Shown here piece by piece: positions 18,435 through 29,048 of a stretch of DNA of 58,361 bases; position 1 is the stretch's first letter, and the number at the start of each line of letters is the position of its first letter. The DNA lies in assembly GCA_046498225.1 (NCBI GenBank), contig JAWOBF010000150.1, positions 1 to 58,361 on the forward strand. Reading direction: 5' to 3'. Origin of the DNA: Candidatus Aegiribacteria sp. (GTDB taxonomy: Bacteria; Fermentibacterota; Fermentibacteria; Fermentibacterales; JCC-6). Under the pieces are notes generated by a model that did no database searches, was not told the origin of the DNA, and was given only the letters and a program-made list of their open reading frames with translations. The position numbers and the translations under genes are program-made.

Positions 18435-19227
18435 GCTCAAAGGACCTCGGCGGAGGATTCCGCAGAGGGATGACGGAGGGATATCCGACGCAGAGCACCG
18501 CAGCCAGTCTCATTCCTCCTGTTCCGGACGGGTGCCAGGACCGGAAGAACGGGTACAGTTTCTGCGCCACCCCGTTCCACAGCGTGCCCATCCCCATGGA
18601 GACCCCGTGCAGGGACACAGCCGTCGCCGCTATGACGCCATCCGCGTAACCGGTGACGTTCCCCCTGGGAACGAAGAAGAAGAGTACTGCCGGGGCTCCC
18701 CTGAATACCAGGTCCTCCCCCTCCCTTATCCGCCTCATATGGTCCCCCATGCCGGTTATCCTTCCCAGCAGGAAGGGGATGCCTGTCGGCGAGAGAAAAT
18801 CCAGAACTCGGCGGACAGGTCGGAACAGTTCCTCGACGCATTCAAAGCCGCGGACAGCCCGCACCGTTATGCCCTGTGAATTCCTTCCGGTGGGGCATTG
18901 ATCCACAACCGAGACAAGTTCCTTTATCTGATCTTCCGATGGCACTTTGTCCGAATAGAAACGTATGGACCTCCGCCTTTCCAGCAGGGTCCTGTATTCC
19001 TTCGGGGAGGGCATGGAATCCGGGTCGGCCACCGGGTCCAGACCGAAGGCGTTCTCCGGACAGAAAATGCCGCAGTGGGCGCAGCCGATGCACTTTCCTG
19101 GATCGAACACCGGCCGGTTGTCCATGAGGCGCACTGCTCCGGAGGGACAGACCCGCCGACATGTACCGCACCCTGTGCATCGCTCACGCCGGAACCGGTC
19201 TTCAGGGGAGAATCTCAATGTCCACAT
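18388..19227 (-). CDS. Ferredoxin-nitroreductase fusion
   Basis: CTGCGTCRRVCP and CIGCAHCGIFCP, then RRSIRFY, PTGRNSQ, GMGTLW, VGYP. Confidence 0.88.
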   Translation of the reverse strand: MWTLRFSPEDRFRRERCTGCGTCRRVCPSGAVRLMDNRPVFDPGKCIGCAHCGIFCPENAFGLDPVADPDSMPSPKEYRTLLERRRSIRFYSDKVPSEDQIKELVSVVDQCPTGRNSQGITVRAVRGFECVEELFRPVRRVLDFLSPTGIPFLLGRITGMGDHMRRIREGEDLVFRGAPAVLFFFVPRGNVTGYADGVIAATAVSLHGVSMGMGTLWNGVAQKLYPFFRSWHPSGTGGMRLAAVLCVGYPSVIPLRNPPPRSFELRIDECDSPKEGSSC

Positions 19228-20791
19228 CCCTTGTTATCAGTCCCGGCTGCACCATAACCACTCCGGGATAGGTGCCGTAGGCTTCCGTCGGGTTCCAGGC
19301 TCCGTCGCCGTTCCTGTCCACGAAAGCCGCGACGGTGTACCTCCCGGCCGGCACCTCATCAACGGTGTACGCGCCCCGTCCTACTTCTTCGTAGGTGATG
19401 CCGGCGTCCGTGTCGCCGCCGGTCCTGCTTATTCGAAGGATCACGGGGGTCCCTGCCGCTCCCGATATGTTCCCGGCCAGGGATCCCGGTTCATCACCCC
19501 AGAGGGTCGAAAAGCTCCATGAGAACGGCTGGGTCAGTGTATCGCCCCATTCCGTGGCTATCCCCGGTTCAAGAAGGAACCTGTACTGCTGCTCTCCTAT
19601 CAGCTGATGGTCCGGGTAGTACTCGAAAGACCTTCCGTCCACCACCCGGATGCTACCCCGGACGGTGGTGCTGTCCACCACCCTTTCCAGGACCAGCCTC
19701 TTCTCCAGCGTATCCGGATGCACCCAGTAATTGAACGAGATGCGGAACGGTCCTCCCGGATCGGCGTTGTCCGACCCTTCCGGGGGGTAATACGAGCGTA
19801 TCCTGAGGCTGTCCGAAGGCAGGGAATCGGTTCCGTAGAATTCCATGGAATCCGGCATGGCGGGATTTTCCATAAGGTCCTCTACATCTTCAAGGTAGGC
19901 GGTAAGAAGCCCATCGGGCATCTTTCCGGTGGACAGTATCACCGAGGGGGCGGACGCTCCTCCGGTGAGCCAGTATCCGTTCACCGGAACCGGTTCTCCC
20001 AGGCTGTCCCTGATGGAGACTTCACCTTCGCCGAAGGATTCGTAGGAAACCTCTTCGTTGAACATCATTCGGGGATGGTATGCGTCCAGGGAGGTTACCT
20101 CCGAAAGGACCGGGCCCAGGGTATCCACTACGGTCAGAGTAACCTCGATCCTGAGCGTGTCAGCGGTGGCAAGGGTGACCTGAGTGTCTATTCCGGCCTC
20201 CAGCTGGGAATCCCAGGTATATGACCTGTCCGGGTCCTCGTAGCACCTGAGCCTGTAGCCGCCGGGTTCGAGCCAGTAGATGCCGGCGACAGCCGAAGTG
20301 TCCGGCACGGTCCTCCTCATCAGTACCGAGTCGCGGTAGAGCTCTACCAGGGTGGTGCGGGAGAGGCTTCCTCCCCCCTGCCTGGAGGCCGCCACTTCCA
20401 GTCCTCCCGATGGCAGCGTGTCCGCCGAGGTGTATACCAGGTTCTCCGATTTCTCCACCCTGTTGCCTCTCCTGTCGGCGATCTCTCCGGGAAGACTTAT
20501 TACCAGAGGCTCATCTCCCACCGCTGAGCTCAGATCTATCGTCATGGAAGAGCCGCTTACATCCAGATCGTATTCCATGGGCGGGTAGAGGAAGATAATG
20601 GCCGAAGCCTGTTCGAGTCTCTCGCTCCAATGCACGGTTATCCGGTCCAGTCCATCGTATCCGGTGCCCGGGGGCGGTGCCACCTCCACGATTTCCGGAG
20701 GGGTCTCATCCTCGGGCCCTCCACCGGGAGCGACCATTTTGGCGCAGGAAAGAACGGTCATGGCTGCGAGGAGAAGCCGTCCGGCTCTCAA
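19202..20791 (-). CDS. Ig-like (Big_5) domain lipoprotein
   Basis: LSCAKMVAPGGGPEDETPP lipoprotein signature, repeated Ig-like segments, D.N.D..W motifs; TTG start overlapping the upstream TGA. Confidence 0.75.
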   Translation of the reverse strand: MRAGRLLLAAMTVLSCAKMVAPGGGPEDETPPEIVEVAPPPGTGYDGLDRITVHWSERLEQASAIIFLYPPMEYDLDVSGSSMTIDLSSAVGDEPLVISLPGEIADRRGNRVEKSENLVYTSADTLPSGGLEVAASRQGGGSLSRTTLVELYRDSVLMRRTVPDTSAVAGIYWLEPGGYRLRCYEDPDRSYTWDSQLEAGIDTQVTLATADTLRIEVTLTVVDTLGPVLSEVTSLDAYHPRMMFNEEVSYESFGEGEVSIRDSLGEPVPVNGYWLTGGASAPSVILSTGKMPDGLLTAYLEDVEDLMENPAMPDSMEFYGTDSLPSDSLRIRSYYPPEGSDNADPGGPFRISFNYWVHPDTLEKRLVLERVVDSTTVRGSIRVVDGRSFEYYPDHQLIGEQQYRFLLEPGIATEWGDTLTQPFSWSFSTLWGDEPGSLAGNISGAAGTPVILRISRTGGDTDAGITYEEVGRGAYTVDEVPAGRYTVAAFVDRNGDGAWNPTEAYGTYPGVVMVQPGLITRDVDIEILP

Positions 20792-21954
20792 TTCGATTCT
20801 CCCTCTTCCGCCGACTTCCTCCGTATGGTCCCCGCTTTCCTGTAGAAGGTGGATGCCTCGGAATCCCGCTTCATCTTCTCCAGGACTATGGCCAGCTCCA
20901 CCAGGTAGTCGGGTTCGTCGGGTATCAGCTCCAGAGCTGTCCTGAGAGCGTTCTCGGCTGCTTCCAGGTCGCCGGTAAGGTTGCCGCACTTCCCTATGTA
21001 GAAGTAGGCCGGGGCGTAATCCGGATTCTCCTCCAGAACGTCCTGAAGAACGGCCGAGGCCTGCCTGTACAGACCGTTGCGGAGCATGGATACCCCCTTG
21101 AGAAATTCGATGTCCAGGGCACTGACGCCTCTTTTTTCCGCTTCCGCCTGCCATTCGCCCTTCCTCGTCTTCATCATGTCCATCAGCGGACGTACGTGAC
21201 CGGGACCCACCACGGTGGAGACTGATTCGGCTTCAGCGGCATCTTCATCGATACCGCCGGCCATGACCTCCTCCTCCTGCGATTTCTCCCGCATCAGGTC
21301 ATCCATATCCGGCAACTCGACTTTCTTCTCCCCCCCGTTCTCCTTCTCGTCTGCGAAAAGGGCCATCTGCCTTCCGGTGAGCTTTCCCTTAACCAGATGG
21401 CTGAACATCTCTTTGCGGTCCCTGTCATCGGACACCCGTACTATGGGCCTCAGCTGGAACTCGCTGATCTCATCGGTCAGAAGCAGCTTGCGGCGCATCT
21501 CCTCCGGCAGCTTCAGGAGATTGAGTATCTGGGTTATCCTGGCCCTGGAGTAACCCAGAAGCTCCGAGAGCCTGCTCCTGTTCTCGCACAGTTCGTTGCG
21601 CAGAAGCCCGTCGAACAGCAGAGCTTCCTCTATGCAGTTCCTTATGGACTCATGGGCGAGGGATATCTGTACGTTGCTCCTGACCACTATGGCCTTCACG
21701 GTGAACTGGCCCCGGGAGCAGACCTTCCAGAAACTCCGATGGTGGGCCAGGAGAGTGAATACCGGGCTCTCTTCCGACCCGCCGCTTTCCCCGGTCCTCT
21801 CCATTATCAGAACCGGCGGAACGAAAGGTTCCTTATGGTGAAGCTCGGGATTCCATTCCTCGGGAGGCTCGATATAGTTCACGGATTCCATCTTCACCTC
21901 CTCCAGGAGCATATGTTCCAGTATCTCCCCCGATTCCCTCTTCTTCTCCATCAT
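20788..21954 (-). CDS. ParB/Spo0J-like HTH protein with C-terminal TPR
   Basis: IEEALLF..L....RSRLSELLGYSRARITQILNLLKLPEE (ParB HTH-like); C-terminal TPR (NPDYAPAYFYIG..ALELIPDEP); ATG overlaps miaA stop. Confidence 0.7.
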   Translation of the reverse strand: MMEKKRESGEILEHMLLEEVKMESVNYIEPPEEWNPELHHKEPFVPPVLIMERTGESGGSEESPVFTLLAHHRSFWKVCSRGQFTVKAIVVRSNVQISLAHESIRNCIEEALLFDGLLRNELCENRSRLSELLGYSRARITQILNLLKLPEEMRRKLLLTDEISEFQLRPIVRVSDDRDRKEMFSHLVKGKLTGRQMALFADEKENGGEKKVELPDMDDLMREKSQEEEVMAGGIDEDAAEAESVSTVVGPGHVRPLMDMMKTRKGEWQAEAEKRGVSALDIEFLKGVSMLRNGLYRQASAVLQDVLEENPDYAPAYFYIGKCGNLTGDLEAAENALRTALELIPDEPDYLVELAIVLEKMKRDSEASTFYRKAGTIRRKSAEEGESN

Positions 21955-22886
21955 TGCTTCCCTTCGCCGAATAAACAGGCTTCCACCGCGGCCGGGTCGG
22001 GGTCCACCCAGGTAACCTCCGGTATTCTCCTGAACATGTTCTTCTGTCTCCTCGCCAGCCGCCAGGTGTTCACGGCAATGGACTCCCTCAGCTCCTCCTT
22101 TGTATCTATCTTCCCCTCGAGGTAATCCAGGACGTCGGAGTAGCCGATGGTCCTGCCCAGGACGCTGCTTCTGTCCCATCCGGCCTCCAGCAGCCCCCTG
22201 ACCTCGTCTATCAGGCCCATGCTCATCATTTCCCCCGCTCTCCTGTCAATTCTCCGCCTGAGCTCTTCACGGGGAAGGGAGATACCCGCTATCCTGTACC
22301 TGTTCCTGGTCCCCTTGTCCCCGCCCTTTCTCAGCTTCGAGGGCGGGCAGCCGGTAAGCGCGAATATCTCCAGGGAGCGGATCTGCCTTCTGACGTCCGC
22401 GCTTCCCACCTTCTCCGCCATGGCCGGGTCCGCCTTGTGAAGCAAACGTGAAAGTATCCCTGGAGCCTCGGCCTCCAGTTCCGTAAATCCCCTCCTGAGG
22501 CCGGGACACCTCTCCGGCATCGGGTCCAGACCTCCGGTCAGCGCCATGACGTAAAGGGCCGTTCCGCCGGCGACCACCGGAACGGAACCCTCCGATCGTA
22601 TGCTGCCGATGAGCTTCACCGCGGCCCTGGAAAATTCACCGGCGGAGAAGGACCGGTCCGGGTCCAGACAGTCGAGGAGATGATGCTTCAGTAACGACCT
22701 TTCATCGGGTGTGGGTTTCGCCGTTCCTATGTCCATTCCCCTGTATATCTGCCTGGAATCGGCGCTGATCACCTGAAAATCATGCTTTTCTCTCAGCTTC
22801 ATCAGCAGCCCGGTCTTTCCGGATGCCGTGCATCCTATCAGGACCGGGGTCTGTTCACTGCCTGCCAAATCTTCCCGCCAGTTCAT
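21951..22886 (-). CDS. miaA: tRNA dimethylallyltransferase
   Basis: GCTASGKT, SADSRQIYRGMDIGTAKP, HHL, GGTALY, IGY, LARRQ. Confidence 0.95.
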   Translation of the reverse strand: MNWREDLAGSEQTPVLIGCTASGKTGLLMKLREKHDFQVISADSRQIYRGMDIGTAKPTPDERSLLKHHLLDCLDPDRSFSAGEFSRAAVKLIGSIRSEGSVPVVAGGTALYVMALTGGLDPMPERCPGLRRGFTELEAEAPGILSRLLHKADPAMAEKVGSADVRRQIRSLEIFALTGCPPSKLRKGGDKGTRNRYRIAGISLPREELRRRIDRRAGEMMSMGLIDEVRGLLEAGWDRSSVLGRTIGYSDVLDYLEGKIDTKEELRESIAVNTWRLARRQKNMFRRIPEVTWVDPDPAAVEACLFGEGKQ

Positions 22887-24534
22887 CGAATGTTATCTCC
22901 ACCAGAGTCGGTCTTCCGTGGGGGCACTGAAAGGGATCCGAGGTCGAGAACAGCTGGTCTACCAGATGTCTTGCTTCCTGAGGTGAAAGGGTATCCCCGA
23001 ACTTGACGGCCCCGGCGCATGCGGCGGCGGCAGCCACCCTCTCGTGCACGGACATGTCCATGAATTCCGGGCTCTTGAGGGAGGAGAGTATCTCCCTCAG
23101 GGCTTCCATGCCATGAAAGGCGCTCTGAGGGACCGCGGTCAGCACCAGGGTCTCCCCTTCCAGATGGAAATCGAAGCCCGAGCGGTTGAGGACAGTTCTG
23201 TAGGTCTCCAGCTGCTCCCTCTCCTCGCTGTCCAGCGTTACGTTCTCCGGAAGGAGAAGGGTCTGACGGCCGGCCCCGGAATCATCCCTGATGGACTTGA
23301 GGACGGTTTCGAACAGTATTCTCTCATGGGCTGCGTGCTGGTCTATCAGTACTATTCCCTTGTCCGTGGATGTAACGAGGTAGGATTTTCCTATCTGAAC
23401 TATGGGGAAATCCTGCTCCCGCCTGGAGTAATCCTCTTCCCGTGCGGGCGCGGACACCTGCATCGCGGCATCGAAGAGCACGGGATCGTATTCCTTTTCC
23501 GGTCCGGTCCGCGCTCCGGACGGGCTGAAGTGCCGCTCCCGCGTCCCCACGGAGATATCCCTCCTTCTTTCTTCCACCAGTTCTCCCAGCGCCGATCCCA
23601 GCGCTTCTCTTACCCGGGATGGTTCCCTGAACCTGACCTCCAGCTTCGCCGGATGGACGTTGACGTCCACCCTGTCCGGAGGGAGTTCTATCCGGCAGCA
23701 CAGCAGAGGATAACCCGCGGGACCCGAAAGGGCCTCTCCAAGTATCGCGGAGACCAGCCCCGACCGGACAGGCCGGCCGTTCACCAGAACGTACTGGTGG
23801 GTCCTGCTGTTCCATCTCCGGTCCGGGAACCATAGAAGGGAGACCTTCGTGGCATCAGAATCACCGGTGGAGTCGACGTACCTGCTGTCCCCGGGAAGCC
23901 CGTACCTGGTAATGAGCCGCTGTGCCACGGTCTGGCCCGGGGGAAGCCGGAAAAGAAGGCTGCCGTTATGGGTCAGACTGAATTCCACTTCGTTCCATGC
24001 TATGGCGGAGCCCGTAACGAACTTCTCCACCCATGACAGCTCGGTGGACCGGGTCCTGAGGAATTTTCTCCTGGCCGGCTGGTTGTAGAACAGTCCGGTG
24101 GCCACCACGGTGGTCCCCCTGGTCCTGGGAGCGGGAGAAACACCTCCAAGGACCCCTCCGTCCATTCTCAGCTCCCAGCCCTCCCCGCCTTCGGAAGTGA
24201 GGATACTCAGGTGCGTGACGGCAGCGATGCTGGGAAGGGCCTCCCCCCTGAAGCCAAGCGTTTCCAGGCTGTCGAGGTCGCTTCCCCTGGATATCTTGCT
24301 GGTGGCGTGCCTCTGCACGGAGAGAAGCAGGTCGTGCCTGTTCATGCCGCAGCCGTCATCCCTGACGGCTATGGACTTTCTCCCCCCCTCCTCCAGCTCC
24401 ACGGAGATACGGGAGGCGCCGGCGTCCAGGGCGTTCTCCACCAGCTCCTTCACCACCGAAGCCGGACGCTCCACCACCTCTCCGGCGGATATGAGGTTTA
24501 CCACACTGTCCTTGAGAACCCTGATACCGGCCAA
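22855..24534 (-). CDS. mutL: DNA mismatch repair protein MutL (endonuclease type)
   Basis: AGEVVERPASVVKELVENALDAG, GFRGEALPSI, DVNVHP.K, DQHAAHERILFE, CPHGRP. Confidence 0.96.
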   Translation of the reverse strand: MAGIRVLKDSVVNLISAGEVVERPASVVKELVENALDAGASRISVELEEGGRKSIAVRDDGCGMNRHDLLLSVQRHATSKISRGSDLDSLETLGFRGEALPSIAAVTHLSILTSEGGEGWELRMDGGVLGGVSPAPRTRGTTVVATGLFYNQPARRKFLRTRSTELSWVEKFVTGSAIAWNEVEFSLTHNGSLLFRLPPGQTVAQRLITRYGLPGDSRYVDSTGDSDATKVSLLWFPDRRWNSRTHQYVLVNGRPVRSGLVSAILGEALSGPAGYPLLCCRIELPPDRVDVNVHPAKLEVRFREPSRVREALGSALGELVEERRRDISVGTRERHFSPSGARTGPEKEYDPVLFDAAMQVSAPAREEDYSRREQDFPIVQIGKSYLVTSTDKGIVLIDQHAAHERILFETVLKSIRDDSGAGRQTLLLPENVTLDSEEREQLETYRTVLNRSGFDFHLEGETLVLTAVPQSAFHGMEALREILSSLKSPEFMDMSVHERVAAAAACAGAVKFGDTLSPQEARHLVDQLFSTSDPFQCPHGRPTLVEITFDELAGRFGRQ

Positions 24535-24552
24535 TCAATGCTCCCCTGTCGA

Positions 24553-24641
24553 TGGTGCCGGGAGAGGGACTCGAACCCTCACGCCCCTTTCGGAGCAACG
24601 GATTTTAAGTCCGTTGTGTCTGCCAGTTCCACCACCCCGGC
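24553..24641 (-). tRNA. tRNA-Leu(UAA)
   Basis: GCCGGGG acceptor / CCCGGC-A-CCA; anticodon arm ACGGA-CTTAAAA-TCCGT; long variable arm; GGTTCGAGTCC T-arm. Confidence 0.95.
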
Positions 24642-24656
24642 TTTTGTTAACGCAGA

Positions 24657-24685
24657 AATATACTGAAGCGGGGAGCCTTTTACAA
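24657..24685 (-). promoter_or_regulatory. Sigma70 promoter for tRNA-Leu(UAA)-mutL-miaA unit
   Basis: TTGTAA-17 bp-TATATT, -10 element 15 nt upstream of the tRNA. Confidence 0.6.
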
Positions 24686-24708
24686 TGAACTGTGACGGAA
24701 GCGGCGGG

Positions 24709-25524
24709 TCATGCGGGGTATCTGAAGACCAGTACGTTCCTCTCGCTCACCGGCTCCCAGGTTGAATAACCCTCGCGGAAGGCCGCAGTTATGAGGTCTC
24801 TGCGGGATTCATGCACCACAATGCTGACCTCGCCGCTGCCTGCGGCGGCAGCGGCGGCCTCCGCTCCCCGCAGGAAATCCGGCGGATTCCGGACGGAACC
24901 GTCCAGGGGCGTGGCCTCGCCGGAACCCCTCTTCCTCAGGAAGACGACTCCGTTGTAACGGAAACCCTCACATCTCCGAAGGGCCCATTCAATTCCCTCG
25001 GGACATGCCCTGGGGTATTTCCATCCGCATGGAATGTGCTCCCGGGTCTCCCGGAACATGCCCGGCGAGGGTATGCAGCTTTCCAGTCCACTGGAAGCGG
25101 GAAAGCCCTCCCTGGTCATGAGCATGAAACCGTCAACCAGCCTGAAACCCTGGGAGGTGGATATGTGAATGCTCTCATGGTTGTTCACGTAGGTGGAGAA
25201 CTCCAGGGCCCGTCCGCGCCCCTGCTCGATGAGCCTTCTGCCCATCCCGAAAGCGGCCCCGGCAAGCTGTCTTCCCAGTCCCCTTCCCCGAAAACCGGCC
25301 AGTATCCTCAGGGCCTCCAGCCAGAGCACTCCATCCGGCATGGGGGATATCCTGAACGTGCCCACGACGGTCCCGTCCAGCTCGCCCACGTGGAGCGTTC
25401 CGTCATCCGTCCACTCAGACGCCCTTCCTTCCAGGTAGTCCTCTCCGTCCCATGTTCCGCGGGATATCTCGGCGATTGCCTCCGAGTCCTCCGACGCGGC
25501 CTTCCTCACGGATATTCCGGTCAT
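24709..25524 (-). CDS. GNAT family N-acetyltransferase
   Basis: LWLEALRI..FRGRGLG acetyl-CoA motif, N..SI.....GF. Confidence 0.8.
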   Translation of the reverse strand: MTGISVRKAASEDSEAIAEISRGTWDGEDYLEGRASEWTDDGTLHVGELDGTVVGTFRISPMPDGVLWLEALRILAGFRGRGLGRQLAGAAFGMGRRLIEQGRGRALEFSTYVNNHESIHISTSQGFRLVDGFMLMTREGFPASSGLESCIPSPGMFRETREHIPCGWKYPRACPEGIEWALRRCEGFRYNGVVFLRKRGSGEATPLDGSVRNPPDFLRGAEAAAAAAGSGEVSIVVHESRRDLITAAFREGYSTWEPVSERNVLVFRYPA

Positions 25525-25623
25525 ATTGCCCCCAAATGCGGTGGAACGCGGACGTTTTGATTATATTAGTCTGAATATAACGCAGATGTACACGACAGAG
25601 GATAATGGAACGGAAGTATCAAA

Positions 25624-27705
25624 TTGCCGAGGAAGTACTCGCTCGAACAGCTTCGCAACATAGGTATCATGGCGCATATCGACGCCGGGAAGACGACTGT
25701 ATCCGAGAGGATACTCTACTACACGGGCAAGCTGCACCGTATGGGAGAGGTGCATGACGGCCAGGCCGTAATGGACTGGATGGACCAGGAGCAGGAGCGG
25801 GGCATCACCATAACCAGCGCCGCCACCGCCACGGTATGGCGGGACCACATGATAAACCTCATCGACACTCCCGGCCACGTGGACTTCACGGTGGAGGTGG
25901 AGAGGAGCCTCAGGGTCCTGGACGGTGTCATAGCCCTCTTCTGCGCCGTGGGCGGGGTGGAACCTCAGTCGGAGACCGTCTGGAGGCAGGCTGAGAAGTA
26001 CTCCGTGCCCAGAATTGCCTTCGTGAACAAGATGGACAGGCTGGGAGCGGATTACTACGGTGTGGTCAGCTCCATCAAGCAGGCTCTGGGGGCCAACGCG
26101 GTTCCGGTGGTGATACCTATAGGCTCGGAAGACGGTTTCACCGGCATAATAGACCTGGTTGAGGACTGCGCCGTCTACTACGACCGTTCAGACCGGGGCA
26201 TGACGTGGCGGGAGGAACCGGTGCCGGAGGATATGGCGGACCTGGCGGAGAAATGGCGCGGGAACCTCATCGAGAAGGTGAGCGAAGTGGACGAGAAGCT
26301 CTTCGCCAAATACTGCGAGGGCCGGAAGATAGAGAAGGACGAGCTTTCCCTGGCCATCAGAAAGGCCACCCATCTGCACACCATCTGTCCCGTGCTCTGC
26401 GGCAGCGCCTACCGGAATATGGGCGTACAGAGGCTTCTCGACGCGGTGGTGGCTTACCTCCCCAGCCCTCTGGACCTCCCCCCTGTCAGCGGCAGGTGCC
26501 TGAACGGAACAGCCATAGAAAGGGTGCCCAGGGATGACGGCAGACTGGCCGCCCTGGCCTTCAAGGTAGTGACCGACCGTCATGTGGGAAAACTGGTCTA
26601 CGTGAGGGTATACTCCGGTACCCTGGAGTCCGGGTCGTACGTGTTCAACTCCAATGAGAACACTGTTCAGAGGGCCGGGCGGATACTGAGAATGCACGCG
26701 GACAAGCGGGAAGCGGTGGACTCCCTCTACACCGGCGAGATAGGGGCGGTCACCGGTCTTTCCGATACCTCCACCGGCGACACCATCTGCTGCCAGGACA
26801 GCCCCATCATACTGGAAGCCATAGAGTTTCCAGCCCCGGTTCTCAGCGTCGCGGTCAGGGTGGAGAACAGGAGCGAGAGGGACAGACTCTCGAAAGCCCT
26901 GGTAAAACTCTCCCAGGAGGACCCCACCTTCACGGTGGCAACCGACCCCGAGACGTCCGAAACCATCATCTCCGGAATGGGTGAGCTTCACCTGGAGATA
27001 ATACTGGAGAGACTGAGAAGGGAATTCAACGTTGAAGTGGTCACCTCGCCCCCCCGGGTGGCCTACCGGGAGACCATCACCTCAACGGTGGACGTGGACG
27101 AGAAGCTGGCGAAGCAGACCGGTGGAAAGGGGCAGTACGCTCACGTCAAGATGACACTGGACCCCATGCCCGCCGGGTACGGTTTCGACTTCAGGAACAG
27201 GGTCAGGGGAGGCAACATTCCCAGGGAGTACATTCCGGCTGTGGAAAAGGGGGTCGTGGACGCCATGTCCGCGGGTGTGATGGCGGGCTTTCCCGTGGTG
27301 GACGTGAGAGTGACCCTTACAGACGGCTCCTTCCACGAGGTCGATTCATCCGAGATGGCGTTCAGAAGATGCGCCAGGGCGGCTTTCAGCAGGGGTTTCC
27401 TGAAGGGAAATCCCCAGCTTCTCGAACCGGTCATGAGTGTTTCCGTGACCACTCCCGAGGAATTCGCCGGCAACGTCACCGCCAGTGTCTACGAGAAGAG
27501 GGGCAACATCACTGCCATGGCAAAACAGGCCAACGCCCAGGTCATCAAGGCGCTCATTCCGCTCTCCGGAATGTTCGGCTACGCCACGGAACTGCGGAAC
27601 ATGAGCCAGGGCAGGGCGGCATTCTCCATGCACTTCGAGCACTACCAGGCTGTACCGTTCTCCATCGCGGAGAAGATTATGGAGGAGATGAAGGAAAACA
27701 GGTAG
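25624..27705 (+). CDS. fusA: Elongation factor G (stand-alone copy)
   Basis: [64 protein letters not shown] start. Confidence 0.95.
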   Translation: MPRKYSLEQLRNIGIMAHIDAGKTTVSERILYYTGKLHRMGEVHDGQAVMDWMDQEQERGITITSAATATVWRDHMINLIDTPGHVDFTVEVERSLRVLDGVIALFCAVGGVEPQSETVWRQAEKYSVPRIAFVNKMDRLGADYYGVVSSIKQALGANAVPVVIPIGSEDGFTGIIDLVEDCAVYYDRSDRGMTWREEPVPEDMADLAEKWRGNLIEKVSEVDEKLFAKYCEGRKIEKDELSLAIRKATHLHTICPVLCGSAYRNMGVQRLLDAVVAYLPSPLDLPPVSGRCLNGTAIERVPRDDGRLAALAFKVVTDRHVGKLVYVRVYSGTLESGSYVFNSNENTVQRAGRILRMHADKREAVDSLYTGEIGAVTGLSDTSTGDTICCQDSPIILEAIEFPAPVLSVAVRVENRSERDRLSKALVKLSQEDPTFTVATDPETSETIISGMGELHLEIILERLRREFNVEVVTSPPRVAYRETITSTVDVDEKLAKQTGGKGQYAHVKMTLDPMPAGYGFDFRNRVRGGNIPREYIPAVEKGVVDAMSAGVMAGFPVVDVRVTLTDGSFHEVDSSEMAFRRCARAAFSRGFLKGNPQLLEPVMSVSVTTPEEFAGNVTASVYEKRGNITAMAKQANAQVIKALIPLSGMFGYATELRNMSQGRAAFSMHFEHYQAVPFSIAEKIMEEMKENR

Positions 27706-27708
27706 GTA

Positions 27709-28302
27709 TCAGTTCATGATGCGGGAGGCCAGAAGGGTCTTCCTCATGTTCATCATGGCCAGGGCCCGGTGGCTTATCAGGTTCTTCTCCTCCGGGGTGC
27801 ACCGGGCGAAGCTGTGCTGCAGTCCGTCGGGCAGGAATACCGGGTCGTAGCCGAAACCGCCGTGGCCGTCCGGTTCCTCCAGTATCACCCCCCGGACCTC
27901 GCCTGTAACGGAGAATTCCATCTCCGGCGAGGAGAAGACCGCGGAGGTCCTGAAGCTGGCACTTCTGTTCCTTTCGCACAGCATGGTGGTGAGGAGCTTC
28001 TGAACGTTGTTTTCGTAGGTGCAGTCGCTGCCGGCGAACCTGGCCGCGTATATCCCCGGCGCCCCTCCCAGGATGTCAACGAATAGACCGGTATCGTCGG
28101 CCACTGCCGGCAGACCGGTGGCCCTTACCACATCCCTGGCCTTGAGGAAGGCGTTATCCTCCAGCGTACTGCCGGTCTCCTCCACCGACCAGCCCGGTAT
28201 CAGCTCCCCTGCGGGCAGCACCTGAACGTCCAGGTCCTTCAGCAGGGCCCGCAGTTCCGCAAGCTTGTCCGGATTGCCGGAAGCCAGGACCATCCTGTTC
28301 AT
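27709..28302 (-). CDS. rdgB: XTP/dITP diphosphatase
   Basis: ASGNPDKLAE, NAFLKA, DDTGL, APGIYAARF, GFGYDPVF, KNLISHR. Confidence 0.93.
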   Translation of the reverse strand: MNRMVLASGNPDKLAELRALLKDLDVQVLPAGELIPGWSVEETGSTLEDNAFLKARDVVRATGLPAVADDTGLFVDILGGAPGIYAARFAGSDCTYENNVQKLLTTMLCERNRSASFRTSAVFSSPEMEFSVTGEVRGVILEEPDGHGGFGYDPVFLPDGLQHSFARCTPEEKNLISHRALAMMNMRKTLLASRIMN

Positions 28303-29012
28303 TCGCCGCTGGCTTCCCTCTGAATGGGAACTATCAGTTCGGTTATGGAGCCCAGGGCCAGCTCCGCCATGGAACTCACCGTCTCCAGCGGAACGGTACC
28401 CTCTTCGGCGGTGGCCTGGATCTCTACCAGCTCCCCGGTCTCGAATGCTACCACGTTCATGTCAACAGAGGCCCTGAAATCCTCATCGTAGCAGAGGTCA
28501 AGAAGGACCTCGCCATCCACCAGCCCCAGGCTGAGAGCGCTGACGTATCCCCGAAAGGGGTCCTCCTTCATCCTGCCCTCCACCAGCTGTCTTTTTACGG
28601 CCAGTCTCAGAGCCACGGCCCCGCCCACCACGGAGGCCACCCTGGTCCCTCCGTCGGCCACGAGAACGTCGCAGTCCACCGTTATGGTCCTCTCCCCCAT
28701 CTTCGTCAGGTCCAGCGACTGGCGAAGGCTCCTGCCTATGAGACGTTGTATCTCCTGTGTCCTGCCCTTCGCGCCGGTCCTTTCGCGCCTGACCCTGCGA
28801 TTGCCGCTTCCTGGCAGCATGCCGTACTCCGCCGTTACCCACCCGGTACCCTTGCCGGTGAGGAAGAAGGGAACCCGGTATTCCACCGTCGCCGAGCACA
28901 GGACCCTTGTCTCGCCCCAGCTTATCATGGCGCTCCCGTCGGGCAGGGGCTGGTAGCCGGTCTCTATCTCGATTTCTCTCAGTTCGTCCCGCTGCCGTCC
29001 GTCAACTCTCAT
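28299..29012 (-). CDS. rph: Ribonuclease PH
   Basis: RVDGR, GWVTAEYGMLP, GRTQEIQRLIGRSLR, DCDVLVADGGTR, LDLCYDED, DMNVV. Confidence 0.96.
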   Translation of the reverse strand: MRVDGRQRDELREIEIETGYQPLPDGSAMISWGETRVLCSATVEYRVPFFLTGKGTGWVTAEYGMLPGSGNRRVRRERTGAKGRTQEIQRLIGRSLRQSLDLTKMGERTITVDCDVLVADGGTRVASVVGGAVALRLAVKRQLVEGRMKEDPFRGYVSALSLGLVDGEVLLDLCYDEDFRASVDMNVVAFETGELVEIQATAEEGTVPLETVSSMAELALGSITELIVPIQREASGE

Positions 29013-29048
29013 CAGACTCCTAACCTGGTCATGATAACAAAACAGGGT

